64,000 nt of DNA from Rhodospirillales bacterium. GTDB taxonomy: Bacteria; Pseudomonadota; Alphaproteobacteria; Rhodospirillales; UBA2165. The notes under the pieces were generated by a model, which was not told the origin of the DNA, searched no databases, and saw only the letters and a list, made by a program, of their open reading frames with translations. Below are positions 48,540 through 57,701 of the stretch, piece after piece (positions within the stretch are counted from its first letter, which is position 1; each line of letters starts with the position of its first letter). The stretch lies in assembly GCA_012960465.1 (NCBI GenBank), contig DUBF01000166.1, positions 5,284 through 69,283 on the forward strand. The letters are read 5' to 3'. The position numbers were made by a program, and so were the translations under genes.

Positions 48540-48695
48540 ATGTCTTCTATCCGTAAGAGGGGATCAAAAAGGAACGTTCAGATCAGACGTTCAGGTCTCC
48601 CAAATCTATCAAGAACGTTTATCCTTAAAACAGATGCAGAAAAGTGGGCCACTGCCATGGAAGCTGCTCTCGATATTCTTCCCTCAATTCTCTAA
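48540..48695 (+). pseudogene. Tyrosine-recombinase (phage-type integrase) N-terminal fragment
   Basis: MSSIRKRGSKRNVQIRRSGLPNLSRTFILKTDAEKWATAMEAALD matches the common N-terminal arm-binding region of tRNA-targeting island integrases (IRKRG.KW.VQIRR.G....SKTF..K.DAE.WA). The frame stops after 51 codons, and the catalytic R..HxxR..Y domain is absent from the window. Confidence 0.7.
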
Positions 48696-48744
48696 CCATT
48701 ACCCCAACTCGATTCACGAGCTTTGAAGCTCTCTTGTGACCTTA

Positions 48745-50082
48745 TTAAGGTGCTATTAGGTTAGGAATAATAAGTGTTATCGACGGAACAAAAACAAGAA
48801 GAGCAGCAACTGCCATAGCCATCAAGATAAACGGTAATACCGATGTAATGACTTCAGCCATTGTTGTTCCCGCTGGAGCAACGCCCTTTGCAACAAACAG
48901 CAGTAGCCCAAAAGGCGGCGTAGCGAGGCTGATTTCTAACATCATCAATGCCAATACGCCGAACCAAACCTGGGTTTGTTGCAAATCGCCTATTCCAAAA
49001 TCAACAGCCGCGATAATCCCCATAAAGATCGGCATCGTGATCATCATCATGCTGACTTGATCCATAAAGCAACCAAGAAATAACAAGATTAGCATCATCA
49101 TGAAGATAATGGTCAGTGGCGCCAGCTCCGCAGCCTCTACGACAGCAAGAAGCCCATCCGAAGCTTGGGAGAAAGCTAAAATCTGGGAAAAGGTGATTGA
49201 GCCGCATATGATGAATAAAGTCATTACTGTAAAACGAAGAGTTTGCTTAACAGATATTAAAAAAACCTCACGGCTCAACAAACCATAAGCTGCAACTGCA
49301 ATCAGCGAAGCTACGGTTCCCAGCGCTGCCGATTCTGTTGGTGTAGCAATACCTGCAACGATGCTGCCAACAACAACGATAAAGATAGCTAGTAACGGCA
49401 AGACGTACTTGACTAAAGGCATTAACCTTTCGCGCCAGGTTAGTTCCGAAATATCGTAAGGTGGCGCAATAGAGGGATCCAAAGTGCAACGAATAATAAT
49501 ATACGCGAAAAACAAAAAAGCTAAAATTAACGCAGGAATAATCGAGGCTACCAATAAATCAGCTATTGAAATACGAGCCACACTACCAAGTAGGACCGCC
49601 AAAGCCGATGGCGGAATCAACATGGCTAATCCGCCAACAGCGACGATAGGGCCGATAGAAATCTCGGGTTTATAACCACGCTTATACATTTCAGGTAAAA
49701 GAGTACTTCCGAGCATAGCAGTATTAGCAATGGTCGAACCAGACAACGACGAAAAGGTAGTCCCACCTATTACGGCCACGAGTGATAAACGGCCCGGTAC
49801 TTTAGCAATCAGTTTATCAATTGCATCAATCGCCCGCGCCGCCACACCCGAGTGGAACATTATTTCGCCCATAAAAATGAACAAAGGGATAGGCAATAAA
49901 GCAAAATTTTGAACGGAGTCTATAGCATTACGCATTAATTGGAGCAGCCCTTTTTCACCACCCATAAATATAAAAGCACCGATAATATTAATCGCGAAAA
50001 AGGCAAAAACCACCGGCATGCCAAGCAGCATAAAAACCACCAAACCACCAATTAATAACAGTAGAACCCAATACCATTCCAT
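48745..50082 (-). CDS. dctM: TRAP transporter large permease subunit (DctM family)
   Basis: ~445-aa polytopic membrane protein with the DctM-typical N-terminus MEWYWVLLLLIGGLVVFMLLGMPVVFAF. Follows dctQ. The ORF opens at 50112, but the ATG at 50082 avoids the overlap. Confidence 0.9.
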   Translation of the reverse strand: MEWYWVLLLLIGGLVVFMLLGMPVVFAFFAINIIGAFIFMGGEKGLLQLMRNAIDSVQNFALLPIPLFIFMGEIMFHSGVAARAIDAIDKLIAKVPGRLSLVAVIGGTTFSSLSGSTIANTAMLGSTLLPEMYKRGYKPEISIGPIVAVGGLAMLIPPSALAVLLGSVARISIADLLVASIIPALILAFLFFAYIIIRCTLDPSIAPPYDISELTWRERLMPLVKYVLPLLAIFIVVVGSIVAGIATPTESAALGTVASLIAVAAYGLLSREVFLISVKQTLRFTVMTLFIICGSITFSQILAFSQASDGLLAVVEAAELAPLTIIFMMMLILLFLGCFMDQVSMMMITMPIFMGIIAAVDFGIGDLQQTQVWFGVLALMMLEISLATPPFGLLLFVAKGVAPAGTTMAEVITSVLPFILMAMAVAALLVFVPSITLIIPNLIAP

Positions 50083-50086
50083 AACA

Positions 50087-50590
50087 CTAAAACCCGACAG
50101 GCCGTTCATCACGCTTAGAAGAAGGGGCGAGAACTAATCGAACAAAAATAATCATCAAAATTAAAAAAACAGGTGGTGCAAAAATTAATATCCACCATTC
50201 TGGAAAAACAAAGGTTTCATGGACCATAGTTCCATTAGAAAATGACCGCCATAAAACACCAATTGAAGTAATAAAAAGAATAAGGCAAACAAGCCCAGCA
50301 ATAATATTTGCAAGTCGCGCCATTATCTTTTTATTGCCAGGACTAAGCCTGCCCACAAGGATATCAACAGCTATATGCCCTTCCTCACGCAACACCCAAG
50401 GAGCCCCTAGGAAGGTAATTAAAAACAGCGAATACTCTGCCATATCTAAAGACCAAGGCATCGAAAACAATCGAAGATTACGTGCTGTAATATCTCCCAC
50501 TATTAAAAGTACTAAAGCACAAACTAGAGTACCGGCTACCACCGCACATAAATCTATAATACAGTTTAGTATATCGAATTTTTTCTTCAT
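50087..50590 (-). CDS. dctQ: TRAP transporter small permease subunit (DctQ family)
   Basis: ~167 aa with four TM helices, located between dctP and dctM. Start taken at the ATG at 50590 (MKKKFDILN). Confidence 0.8.
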   Translation of the reverse strand: MKKKFDILNCIIDLCAVVAGTLVCALVLLIVGDITARNLRLFSMPWSLDMAEYSLFLITFLGAPWVLREEGHIAVDILVGRLSPGNKKIMARLANIIAGLVCLILFITSIGVLWRSFSNGTMVHETFVFPEWWILIFAPPVFLILMIIFVRLVLAPSSKRDERPVGF

Positions 50591-50647
50591 TTCAGGCATA
50601 CAAATCAAGGGGCGCACCCGTTGGCGCGCCCCAAATCCCCGATCATT

Positions 50648-51604
50648 CTATTTGCTTAGAAGTGGCCTAATTTTATTAATAAAAGCAGAATCCGCTTTTA
50701 ACAAATCCGCCCAATACATGTCTTCTGCTTTCTTTGGGAAAGAAGCACCCATATCGACATATTTAATGCCGGCATCATCCTGAGGCTTTGTTTGTTTAGC
50801 CGCTTCAGTAGAACGCCATGATGGCCACTCACTTTCCAACCAAATCGCTTGATCCATCATACATTTACGCGCGGCACTCGACATACCATTGTATTTATCC
50901 TGGTTAGCGATGATGTTAACATTGGCACTAAAAAATCCAGGGCCGTGACGGTATTTAGTGTGTTTATCCCAACCAAAATATTTAATTCCCCAAAGCGGCC
51001 AACCATAACCGTCAACAGTTTTACGTTCGAGAGCTGTATAAACTTGGGGCGCCGCCATACGAAGAGGCTGAGCACCGAGAGATTTAAAAAAGCCATCATA
51101 AATTGCTACTGAGCGCAAACGAAAGCCTTCGAACCTTTTGTTAACAGCAGGCTTGTTTGTGTAGAGGTAAAACTTCACACCATTCAGAATATTGGTGAGA
51201 TAAATGGCATTCATTTTTTTCTTATGCATTTCATTCATCATTTTCCAAGCGCCATTTTTACGCTGTTCGGCCGTTTCATTTTTCGACAATATCATGACAT
51301 CCGCTACAGGCATTACGCCTTTATAATAATTAGGCGGGCCATAATGCAAATCAATGACACCATTTTTTAAAGCATTCCATTGCTCCATCGATTTAACAGC
51401 AGCTGGACCAACCACGCTTATTTTGAATTGTCCTGTACATTGTTTATTCGTATGTTTGACCCAATCTTTAAAGTATTTCACATACACTCCGCCCGGAAGA
51501 AAAGCAGCGGCCTTCAATTTGACTTCTGCAGTATGTCCGGATTCCGGCGAAACGGCCACAAATCCAACTGCCATCCCTAAGATGGTAAGTATCCTCATTT
51601 TCAT
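50648..51604 (-). CDS. dctP: TRAP transporter solute-binding protein (DctP family)
   Basis: Signal peptide MKMRILTILGMAVGFVAVSPESGHTA. 318-aa periplasmic protein located upstream of dctQM. The ligand cannot be told from the sequence. Confidence 0.8.
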   Translation of the reverse strand: MKMRILTILGMAVGFVAVSPESGHTAEVKLKAAAFLPGGVYVKYFKDWVKHTNKQCTGQFKISVVGPAAVKSMEQWNALKNGVIDLHYGPPNYYKGVMPVADVMILSKNETAEQRKNGAWKMMNEMHKKKMNAIYLTNILNGVKFYLYTNKPAVNKRFEGFRLRSVAIYDGFFKSLGAQPLRMAAPQVYTALERKTVDGYGWPLWGIKYFGWDKHTKYRHGPGFFSANVNIIANQDKYNGMSSAARKCMMDQAIWLESEWPSWRSTEAAKQTKPQDDAGIKYVDMGASFPKKAEDMYWADLLKADSAFINKIRPLLSK

Positions 51605-51724
51605 ATTTATCCCCTATTATTTTATTTGAAAAAATACAGTCGTATAATGATACATAATTAAATTATATTTGCACATCAAAATAAGTTAAAAATTCTAGCT
51701 TTTAAAAATTTCTTCAACCTACAG

Positions 51725-54079
51725 TTAGCTACCTTTTGAATTTAGAGCCTGAAGAACGTGGGCCATGGTAAATGGCTGTTTCCATACTTGTGCTCCAAGT
51801 GGTCGAATCGCATCATTAACCGCACACCAGACCGCAGCAGGCGCGCCCAGTGTCCCAGCTTCTCCGGCACCCTTAGCACCAAGCCCAGTTCCCGAGGCTG
51901 GCGTTTCGACATGAATAATATGAATATCCGGCATTTCGGATGCCAGTGGCACAGCGTAATCTGCCAATGATGCCGTAAGTAATTGCCCTGCGTCATCAAA
52001 GAGGCAATGTTCGTAAAGCGCAGCTCCTAGCCCCTGAACAATTCCGCCCCGTAATTGCTCATCGACCAACAAGGGGTTTACGATCTTACCACAATCTTCG
52101 GCAACCCAATGCTCAAGTAGTTTGATAGCGCCAGTACCAATGTCAACTTCGAGGTAACTCGCCTGGATCCCGTTCGCAATGAAATAAGGAAAATCACGCG
52201 GAACAAAATGACGTGTGACATTCATTTCAAAATCCACGCCCGGTGGTAGAGTGTCTTGACGAAAATGAACAATTCGTGATAACTCAGATAGATCCATTAA
52301 GCATTTGGAACCATCAAATATCTTACTATTCACGATGGTTAAGTTTTCAGGTAACTCCTGAGTTATTGCTGCAGCGACCGCTAATATTTTATTTCGTAAA
52401 TCAATTGCAGCGAGCCGTGCCGCCTCTCCACCTATAGCTAAACCACGCGATGCCCAGGAGCCTCCCCCATATGGCGTTGCACCTCCGTCACCCGCTTCAA
52501 CTGTAACATCATCGAAACCAATACCAAGTGTCCCAGCAATGACTTGTTGAAGCCCGGTCAACGTCCCCTGACCTTGATCTGTAACGCTGGTAGAACAATT
52601 AACCAAACCTGAGGGATTAAGGCGCAAGGAACATCCTTCCTGGGCACTAACACGCACCCCAGCAGGACCATATAGCCCCGCACCCACAGCTGTTTGCTCA
52701 ACGAAAGTAGCCAAACCAATACCTCGATAAATACCGCGCTTTTGCGCTTCTTTTTGATCCTTGCGCAAACTTTCATAATTCATTTTGGCCAGTAACGCGG
52801 TCAGACATTCGTCTAGAGATACATTAGAAAATTCGAGGCCACCTGAGGCCTTCAATGGCATATCCACCGAGCGAAGGTGATTTCGTCGCCTAATTTCCGC
52901 TGGATCAAGGTTGAGTTTAGCCGCAGCTATATCCAAAAGTTGCTCAATGATAGAGCAGCCAATAGGTTGGCCGACCGCTCGATATGCACCGCAAGGTGTT
53001 TTATTTTGATACACAATCCTGACCCGACCTTTGAAAGCCGGCAAACGATATGGCGCACCAGTAAATTGAACGGCCTGAATACCGTCACCGACGCTGGTAC
53101 GGGGATAGATCGAATAAGCCCCAATTGCCGACAATATATCGACTTCAACACCAAGGATTACTCCTTGCCCGGTGACAGCAAGCCGGCCACTAGCTGTCAT
53201 CTCCCGAGAATGAATATCAGAGGCGAAAGATTCCTGACGGTCGACAATGTACTTTACCGGACGCCCCAATAGAACACTAGCTGCCACGGCTGCCATTTCA
53301 TCGGGATAGGCGTGCAGCTTGAGCCCAAATGCGCCACCTACGTCTTTGGCAATAACTCGGACTTGATGTTCTGCCAACTCGAGGTGGCGTGCATAAACAT
53401 CCTGCATTTGATATGGTGTCTGATGAGATTGATAAACAGTAAGTTGACGACCTGCAGGCTCAAAATCAGCCACAACCGAGCGTGTCTCAAGAGCAACGCC
53501 TGCCTGTCGCCCAAACTCAAAGGAATGTTCGACAATAACTTCGGCCTCTGCAAAAGCTGATTTAGTATCTCCCTCTTCAATAGGCATCGTCATGGCGAGA
53601 TTAGTTTCAAGGTCGCGATGTACTATTGGCGTCCCAGTTGTCAGGGCGGCTACCGGATCAACCACCGCCGGTAATTCCTCCCACTCAATCTTCACCAATT
53701 CAGCTGCGTCTTCTGCTAATGCCCGACTTTCCGCAAGGACGGCGCAAACGCCCTCCCCTTGCCAAGCCACTTCTTCAAGCGCCAAGGCGTATTGTGGTGC
53801 CGAAATCATATTTGGAAGAAATTCTATCCCTGCAATAAAAGGTGAACATATTTCTGTAAGATCGCGGCCTGTAATAACCCGCACCACACCCTCCGCGTTT
53901 ATTGCTTCTTTGATATCGATAGTCTTAATCAAAGCGTGGGCGTAAGGCGAGCGCACCAAAGCCATATGCACCATACGGGGCAACACAATATCATCGGTAA
54001 AGGTACCTCTTCCAGTTGCCAGACGAGACGCATCCCTGCGAGGTAATGAGACGCCAATAATTTGATCCGGCTCGCTCAT
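51725..54079 (-). CDS. Xanthine-dehydrogenase-family molybdopterin-binding large subunit (CoxL-like, non-CODH)
   Basis: 784 aa. N-terminal a/b-hammerhead (GRGTFTDDI, ALVRSPYAHA), Mo-pterin domains (GGAFG, GQG, WVAEDCGKIVNP). The active-site loop reads CGAYRAVGQP (52967-52987) rather than VAYRCSFR or AYRGAGR. Confidence 0.9.
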   Translation of the reverse strand: MSEPDQIIGVSLPRRDASRLATGRGTFTDDIVLPRMVHMALVRSPYAHALIKTIDIKEAINAEGVVRVITGRDLTEICSPFIAGIEFLPNMISAPQYALALEEVAWQGEGVCAVLAESRALAEDAAELVKIEWEELPAVVDPVAALTTGTPIVHRDLETNLAMTMPIEEGDTKSAFAEAEVIVEHSFEFGRQAGVALETRSVVADFEPAGRQLTVYQSHQTPYQMQDVYARHLELAEHQVRVIAKDVGGAFGLKLHAYPDEMAAVAASVLLGRPVKYIVDRQESFASDIHSREMTASGRLAVTGQGVILGVEVDILSAIGAYSIYPRTSVGDGIQAVQFTGAPYRLPAFKGRVRIVYQNKTPCGAYRAVGQPIGCSIIEQLLDIAAAKLNLDPAEIRRRNHLRSVDMPLKASGGLEFSNVSLDECLTALLAKMNYESLRKDQKEAQKRGIYRGIGLATFVEQTAVGAGLYGPAGVRVSAQEGCSLRLNPSGLVNCSTSVTDQGQGTLTGLQQVIAGTLGIGFDDVTVEAGDGGATPYGGGSWASRGLAIGGEAARLAAIDLRNKILAVAAAITQELPENLTIVNSKIFDGSKCLMDLSELSRIVHFRQDTLPPGVDFEMNVTRHFVPRDFPYFIANGIQASYLEVDIGTGAIKLLEHWVAEDCGKIVNPLLVDEQLRGGIVQGLGAALYEHCLFDDAGQLLTASLADYAVPLASEMPDIHIIHVETPASGTGLGAKGAGEAGTLGAPAAVWCAVNDAIRPLGAQVWKQPFTMAHVLQALNSKGS

Positions 54080-54083
54080 ATTC

Positions 54084-54566
54084 TCATTCTTCCTTCATCT
54101 TTTCGGCGAGTACCATTTCAACGGCGTCAATGATCGCGTGATAACCGGTGCAACGACAAATATTACCTGATAGCTCGTTCCGTATTTCCTGTCGACCGAG
54201 ACATTTTCCTTCTGCTACTATTTCGGCGGCTGTCAACAATATGCCAGGCGTACAAAATCCGCATTGCAGGGCATTGCGGGCGACAAAGGCTGCAATTAAC
54301 TCGGCCGCCTCTCCAGATTCAACAATGCCTTCGATAGTTTCAATTTCTGCACCCTCTGTCTGAGAAGCTAGCATTAGGCAACCACGTATGACCTGGCCAT
54401 TTACACGCACCGAGCAAGCACCGCAAACGCCATGCTCGCAACCGATGTGACTTCCAGTAAGGCCGAGATCGGAACGTAAAAAATCAGTCAGATGCTGGCG
54501 TGGATCCACCAGTTTACTCACCACAGCTCCGTTAACACTCAGTTTGATGGGAAGCATTTCAGTCAT
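54084..54566 (-). CDS. (2Fe-2S)-binding small subunit of the Mo hydroxylase (CoxS-like)
   Basis: Plant-type cluster CEHGVCGACSV and second cluster QCGFCTPG...CRCTGY. Confidence 0.93.
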   Translation of the reverse strand: MTEMLPIKLSVNGAVVSKLVDPRQHLTDFLRSDLGLTGSHIGCEHGVCGACSVRVNGQVIRGCLMLASQTEGAEIETIEGIVESGEAAELIAAFVARNALQCGFCTPGILLTAAEIVAEGKCLGRQEIRNELSGNICRCTGYHAIIDAVEMVLAEKMKEE

Positions 54567-55416
54567 TAGGCCACCCGCCTAAAAGATCTTCTAAGCTCCG
54601 CTCAACCAAAGTACGGGCTTGTATGCGTTTCGTTTTAGCATCTCCTTCTAGATCAGACATAGGATCTAGATCGTCAGCAACCGCTGTAGCAAGTTCCGCT
54701 ACATCTTTACGGGACAACGACATCGAGGCCGCAATCTTCGAGACTTTGGGCCGTTCCTCGCAACCGAATACCACCAACCGCAATCCATCAAGTCCTATCG
54801 ATCTGCGCTGGGCTGTCGCCGCTACGCCGACCAATGCGAAGTCACCATGACGGCGGCTCAATTCGTGAAAAGACCATGCATCGGTAGACATCTGAGCCGG
54901 CAATTCTATTCCAGTGATAAGTTCGTCAGACCGCCGATCCGTAGACATAACACCGAGAAAAAAATCTGCTGCTTTTACCCGCCGCTCTCCAGCACGGGAT
55001 TGCAAAATCAATGTTGCGTCGAGGGCTACGGCACAAGCAGGCATTTCAGCGGCGGGATCCGCGTGGGCTAAACTACCGCCAAAAGTTCCTCGGTTACGTA
55101 TCCCCCGATGGGCTACGTGTTTGATTGCACACCCGATGAGAGGCAGTTCTGCCGCTACCAACATTGAATTTTCTACTTCCACATGGCGCGTCGTAGCACC
55201 TATGTGCAACTGCTGATCACGGAGCAAAATACCACTCAGTTCAGAAATTGGATTTATATCTACGAGCACTGCCGGTTGAGCCAAACGCATATTCAACATT
55301 GGCATGAGACTTTGGCCGCCCGCCAAAACCAACCCTTCATCGCCGTACTCAGTGAAAGCGGCGTAAGCCTCGTCTCTACTTTCGGCACGTAAATATTTAA
55401 ACGTCGGGGCCTTCAT
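54559..55416 (-). CDS. FAD-binding medium subunit of the Mo hydroxylase (CoxM-like)
   Basis: 285 aa. FAD motifs LVLAGGQSLMP and RNRGTFGGSLAHADP. An 8-nt overlap with the small-subunit gene gives the M-S-L order. Confidence 0.88.
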   Translation of the reverse strand: MKAPTFKYLRAESRDEAYAAFTEYGDEGLVLAGGQSLMPMLNMRLAQPAVLVDINPISELSGILLRDQQLHIGATTRHVEVENSMLVAAELPLIGCAIKHVAHRGIRNRGTFGGSLAHADPAAEMPACAVALDATLILQSRAGERRVKAADFFLGVMSTDRRSDELITGIELPAQMSTDAWSFHELSRRHGDFALVGVAATAQRRSIGLDGLRLVVFGCEERPKVSKIAASMSLSRKDVAELATAVADDLDPMSDLEGDAKTKRIQARTLVERSLEDLLGGWPND

Positions 55417-55672
55417 CCATCCTCACTTACTTGATTAACGCTAACTGCCTCGGACCAAGAGCTAGATGAACGCCCAAAACCGTTTACCGCATAATGCCAG
55501 GCACACCAAAAATATTTTTGTACTATCCGAACCATCCAATGAGAAGATTAAGTATCTAATTATGCCGAGTCTAGTTTCTTTTTTTTACGCTAGGGGGTGT
55601 GAGAGCTTGAGGGGGCTGGAATTGCACGAGAGGGTTGATATACTCTTTAGTCGGTCCAACAGGAGAAAAAAT

Positions 55673-56059
55673 ATGAATAAATTACGACATATTGCTATGC
55701 AGGTGCCTGATTTAGAAAAAGCGTCGCAATTCTACGAAAGCGTCTTTGGAATGGAGCGTGTAGGGGATGCTGAATCTCCTATCGGAAATGCCATTAGTCT
55801 CTCCGACGGAGTTATGAACTTAACTTTGCTTAATTTCCCTGACGGGAAAAGTGGCATGATTAATGGCCAAGAGTGGGCCGGTCTTCACCACATAGGATTT
55901 GTAGTTGAAGATAAAGAAGCTGTCGCCAAGAAGATCGAAGAATCTGGCGGTAAATACTTTATGGAATTGCCAGCCTATCCGGGGGTAGATGCCGAGTCAA
56001 AATACAAAGACGTTAATGGCTTGGTCTTTGATCTTTCAGAACATGATTGGAAGCTCTGA
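55673..56059 (+). CDS. VOC (glyoxalase / bleomycin-resistance / extradiol dioxygenase) family protein, single module
   Basis: An AGGAG RBS at 55661-55665 precedes the ATG at 55673. MNKLRHIAMQVPDLEKASQFYESVFGM...GLHHIGFVVED is the VOC bab-bbb pattern. 128 aa. Confidence 0.8.
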   Translation: MNKLRHIAMQVPDLEKASQFYESVFGMERVGDAESPIGNAISLSDGVMNLTLLNFPDGKSGMINGQEWAGLHHIGFVVEDKEAVAKKIEESGGKYFMELPAYPGVDAESKYKDVNGLVFDLSEHDWKL

Positions 56060-56070
56060 GGACAAACCCT

Positions 56071-57237
56071 ATGAGAATAATTTCCGTTAAGGAGTCCACT
56101 ATCCCTCTTGGGAGCGATAAAGAAAACGCTGCAATATCGTTCCAAGCTATGACTGCAAGTGCGGTGGTTGCCGAAATAGAAACCAGCCGTGGCCGTTTTA
56201 AGGGACTGGGATTTTCATCTTATGGCCGTTACGGCCACGGCGGCCTATTGCAAGAAAGATTCATACCGCGGTTGCTAAATATAACTGACGAAATCATTGG
56301 CGAGACTAGCATCCAGCAGATGGCCAACGTGTGGGACGTTCTTATGACCAATGAAAAAGAGGGCGGCCACGGCGAGCGCTCAGGCGCAGTTGGAGTATTA
56401 GAAACAGCTATTTGGGACGCCGTCGCTAAATCTGAGGATCTACCTTTATGGGCTTTATTGGAGAGGGACGTTGGGCACTCTGGTAGTAACGGCTTACCTG
56501 CTGGAAAGACTGCTATTTACGCAAGTGGCGGCCACTACCGTTCTGGCTCTTCAGATGCAGCCGAGGTGGAGGAAGAAGCTAAGCAAGGGCTGGACGCTGG
56601 ATATGGGTGGTTCAAACTTAAGGTCGGGGGGGCAACCCAGGCAATTGATATGGCTCGGATCGAGGCTGCGGTTAAAGCGGTTGGAAGTCCAAATCTAATT
56701 GCTGTAGATGCGAACTGTGCCTATGGCGAAGACCAAGGAGCTACTCATCTCAGTGAGATTGATCAAATTGGTTTACGATGGATCGAGGAGCCTGTTAATC
56801 CTCTCGACTACCTAGCTCTCGCAGGTTGTTGCCAATCCGTCAAAACCCCTATTGCCACAGGAGAAAATATTTTCTCTCAGGCGGATAGTAGAAACTTACT
56901 CCATTATGGGGGACTTCGCGCCGGAAAAGATAATTTGCAAATGGACTTTGTCTTAGCATATGGCCTGACGGAATATTTACGAATGTTTGTCGATGCCGAG
57001 GCCCTTGGCTGGTCCCGGAAGGACTTTATGCCCCACGCTGGACATCAAGTCGCGCTCCACGCAGCGGCGGGACTGGGTCTGGGCGGGCATGAAACGGCCG
57101 CCGTTCTAGGCGGCCCATTCAGCGGTGTGTCAGATGATACTATGGTCGAAGACGGCGTCGCGAGCCTCGGTGATGCGCCAGGTGCTGGCATCGAAAACAA
57201 GCCAACACTCTTCAGGCTATTCCATGGTTTGCTTTAA
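56071..57237 (+). CDS. Enolase-superfamily enzyme, mandelate-racemase subgroup (possibly D-tartrate-dehydratase-like)
   Basis: KxK motif WFKLKVGG. Metal ligands in AVDANCAY, WIEEP and ATGENIF. His-Asp dyad candidates LQMDF and MPHAGHQ. NEKEGGHGERS and YGRYGHGGL resemble the TarD branch as I remember it (unverified). Confidence 0.85.
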   Translation: MRIISVKESTIPLGSDKENAAISFQAMTASAVVAEIETSRGRFKGLGFSSYGRYGHGGLLQERFIPRLLNITDEIIGETSIQQMANVWDVLMTNEKEGGHGERSGAVGVLETAIWDAVAKSEDLPLWALLERDVGHSGSNGLPAGKTAIYASGGHYRSGSSDAAEVEEEAKQGLDAGYGWFKLKVGGATQAIDMARIEAAVKAVGSPNLIAVDANCAYGEDQGATHLSEIDQIGLRWIEEPVNPLDYLALAGCCQSVKTPIATGENIFSQADSRNLLHYGGLRAGKDNLQMDFVLAYGLTEYLRMFVDAEALGWSRKDFMPHAGHQVALHAAAGLGLGGHETAAVLGGPFSGVSDDTMVEDGVASLGDAPGAGIENKPTLFRLFHGLL

Positions 57238-57701
57238 AGAGGAACTGAAATGGCGGAGAATGTGCCCCCAGCCTCGATCAAATCTACTCGCTTTAGCTTG
57301 ATCCCAAACCCGCCTTCACTTCGTTTCAGATGATGGGTGACTGCGCCACTGAGGCTGGTTGCTACATTATCCCGAACCTGTGTCATGATAAGCTTAGAAC
57401 TTACCATCACTAGGCTATCCTCCTCACTTGCATTAATATTACCTATCAAGTGGATGGTGGCAGGTTTTGGTGTAACGGCGTAGGCACGAGGGTGAGACAA
57501 TCGGCGCACTCGCAATTTTAACAGCGGCACGTCTTCTAGCATGATAGAGACCTGGCCCTTCATGTCAGTTTGCTCGGGGGAGGAAGGAACCCAGTAAAGA
57601 GCGTCATCCTCATACAATTCTAGCCAAGCTTCAAAATTTCCTTGATCTAGCAGATCTGCTTCATGGGTAAGAAAGCTGGATACTTCTTGAATCAGGCTCA
57701 T
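57234..57701 (-). CDS. Aromatic-ring-hydroxylating oxygenase beta subunit
   Basis: 155 aa with an NTF2-like fold and the family pattern (FLTHEADLLDQGNFEAWLELYEDDALYWVP). Its start ATG overlaps the alpha-subunit stop (ATGA at 57698-57701). Confidence 0.85.
   Translation of the reverse strand: MSLIQEVSSFLTHEADLLDQGNFEAWLELYEDDALYWVPSSPEQTDMKGQVSIMLEDVPLLKLRVRRLSHPRAYAVTPKPATIHLIGNINASEEDSLVMVSSKLIMTQVRDNVATSLSGAVTHHLKRSEGGFGIKLKRVDLIEAGGTFSAISVPL

Noticed and set aside
51725-55416. Calling the three-subunit enzyme an aerobic carbon-monoxide dehydrogenase (coxMSL)
   Set aside because: The large-subunit loop reads GAYRAVGQP, not VAYRCSFR or AYRGAGR. No cox accessory genes are present. The operon continues into a TRAP transporter for an organic solute.
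55466-55672. N-terminal 69-aa extension of the VOC gene, as listed in the ORF track
   Set aside because: The extension has no VOC-like sequence. The family-typical N-terminus begins at the ATG at 55673, which has an AGGAG RBS 7 nt upstream.
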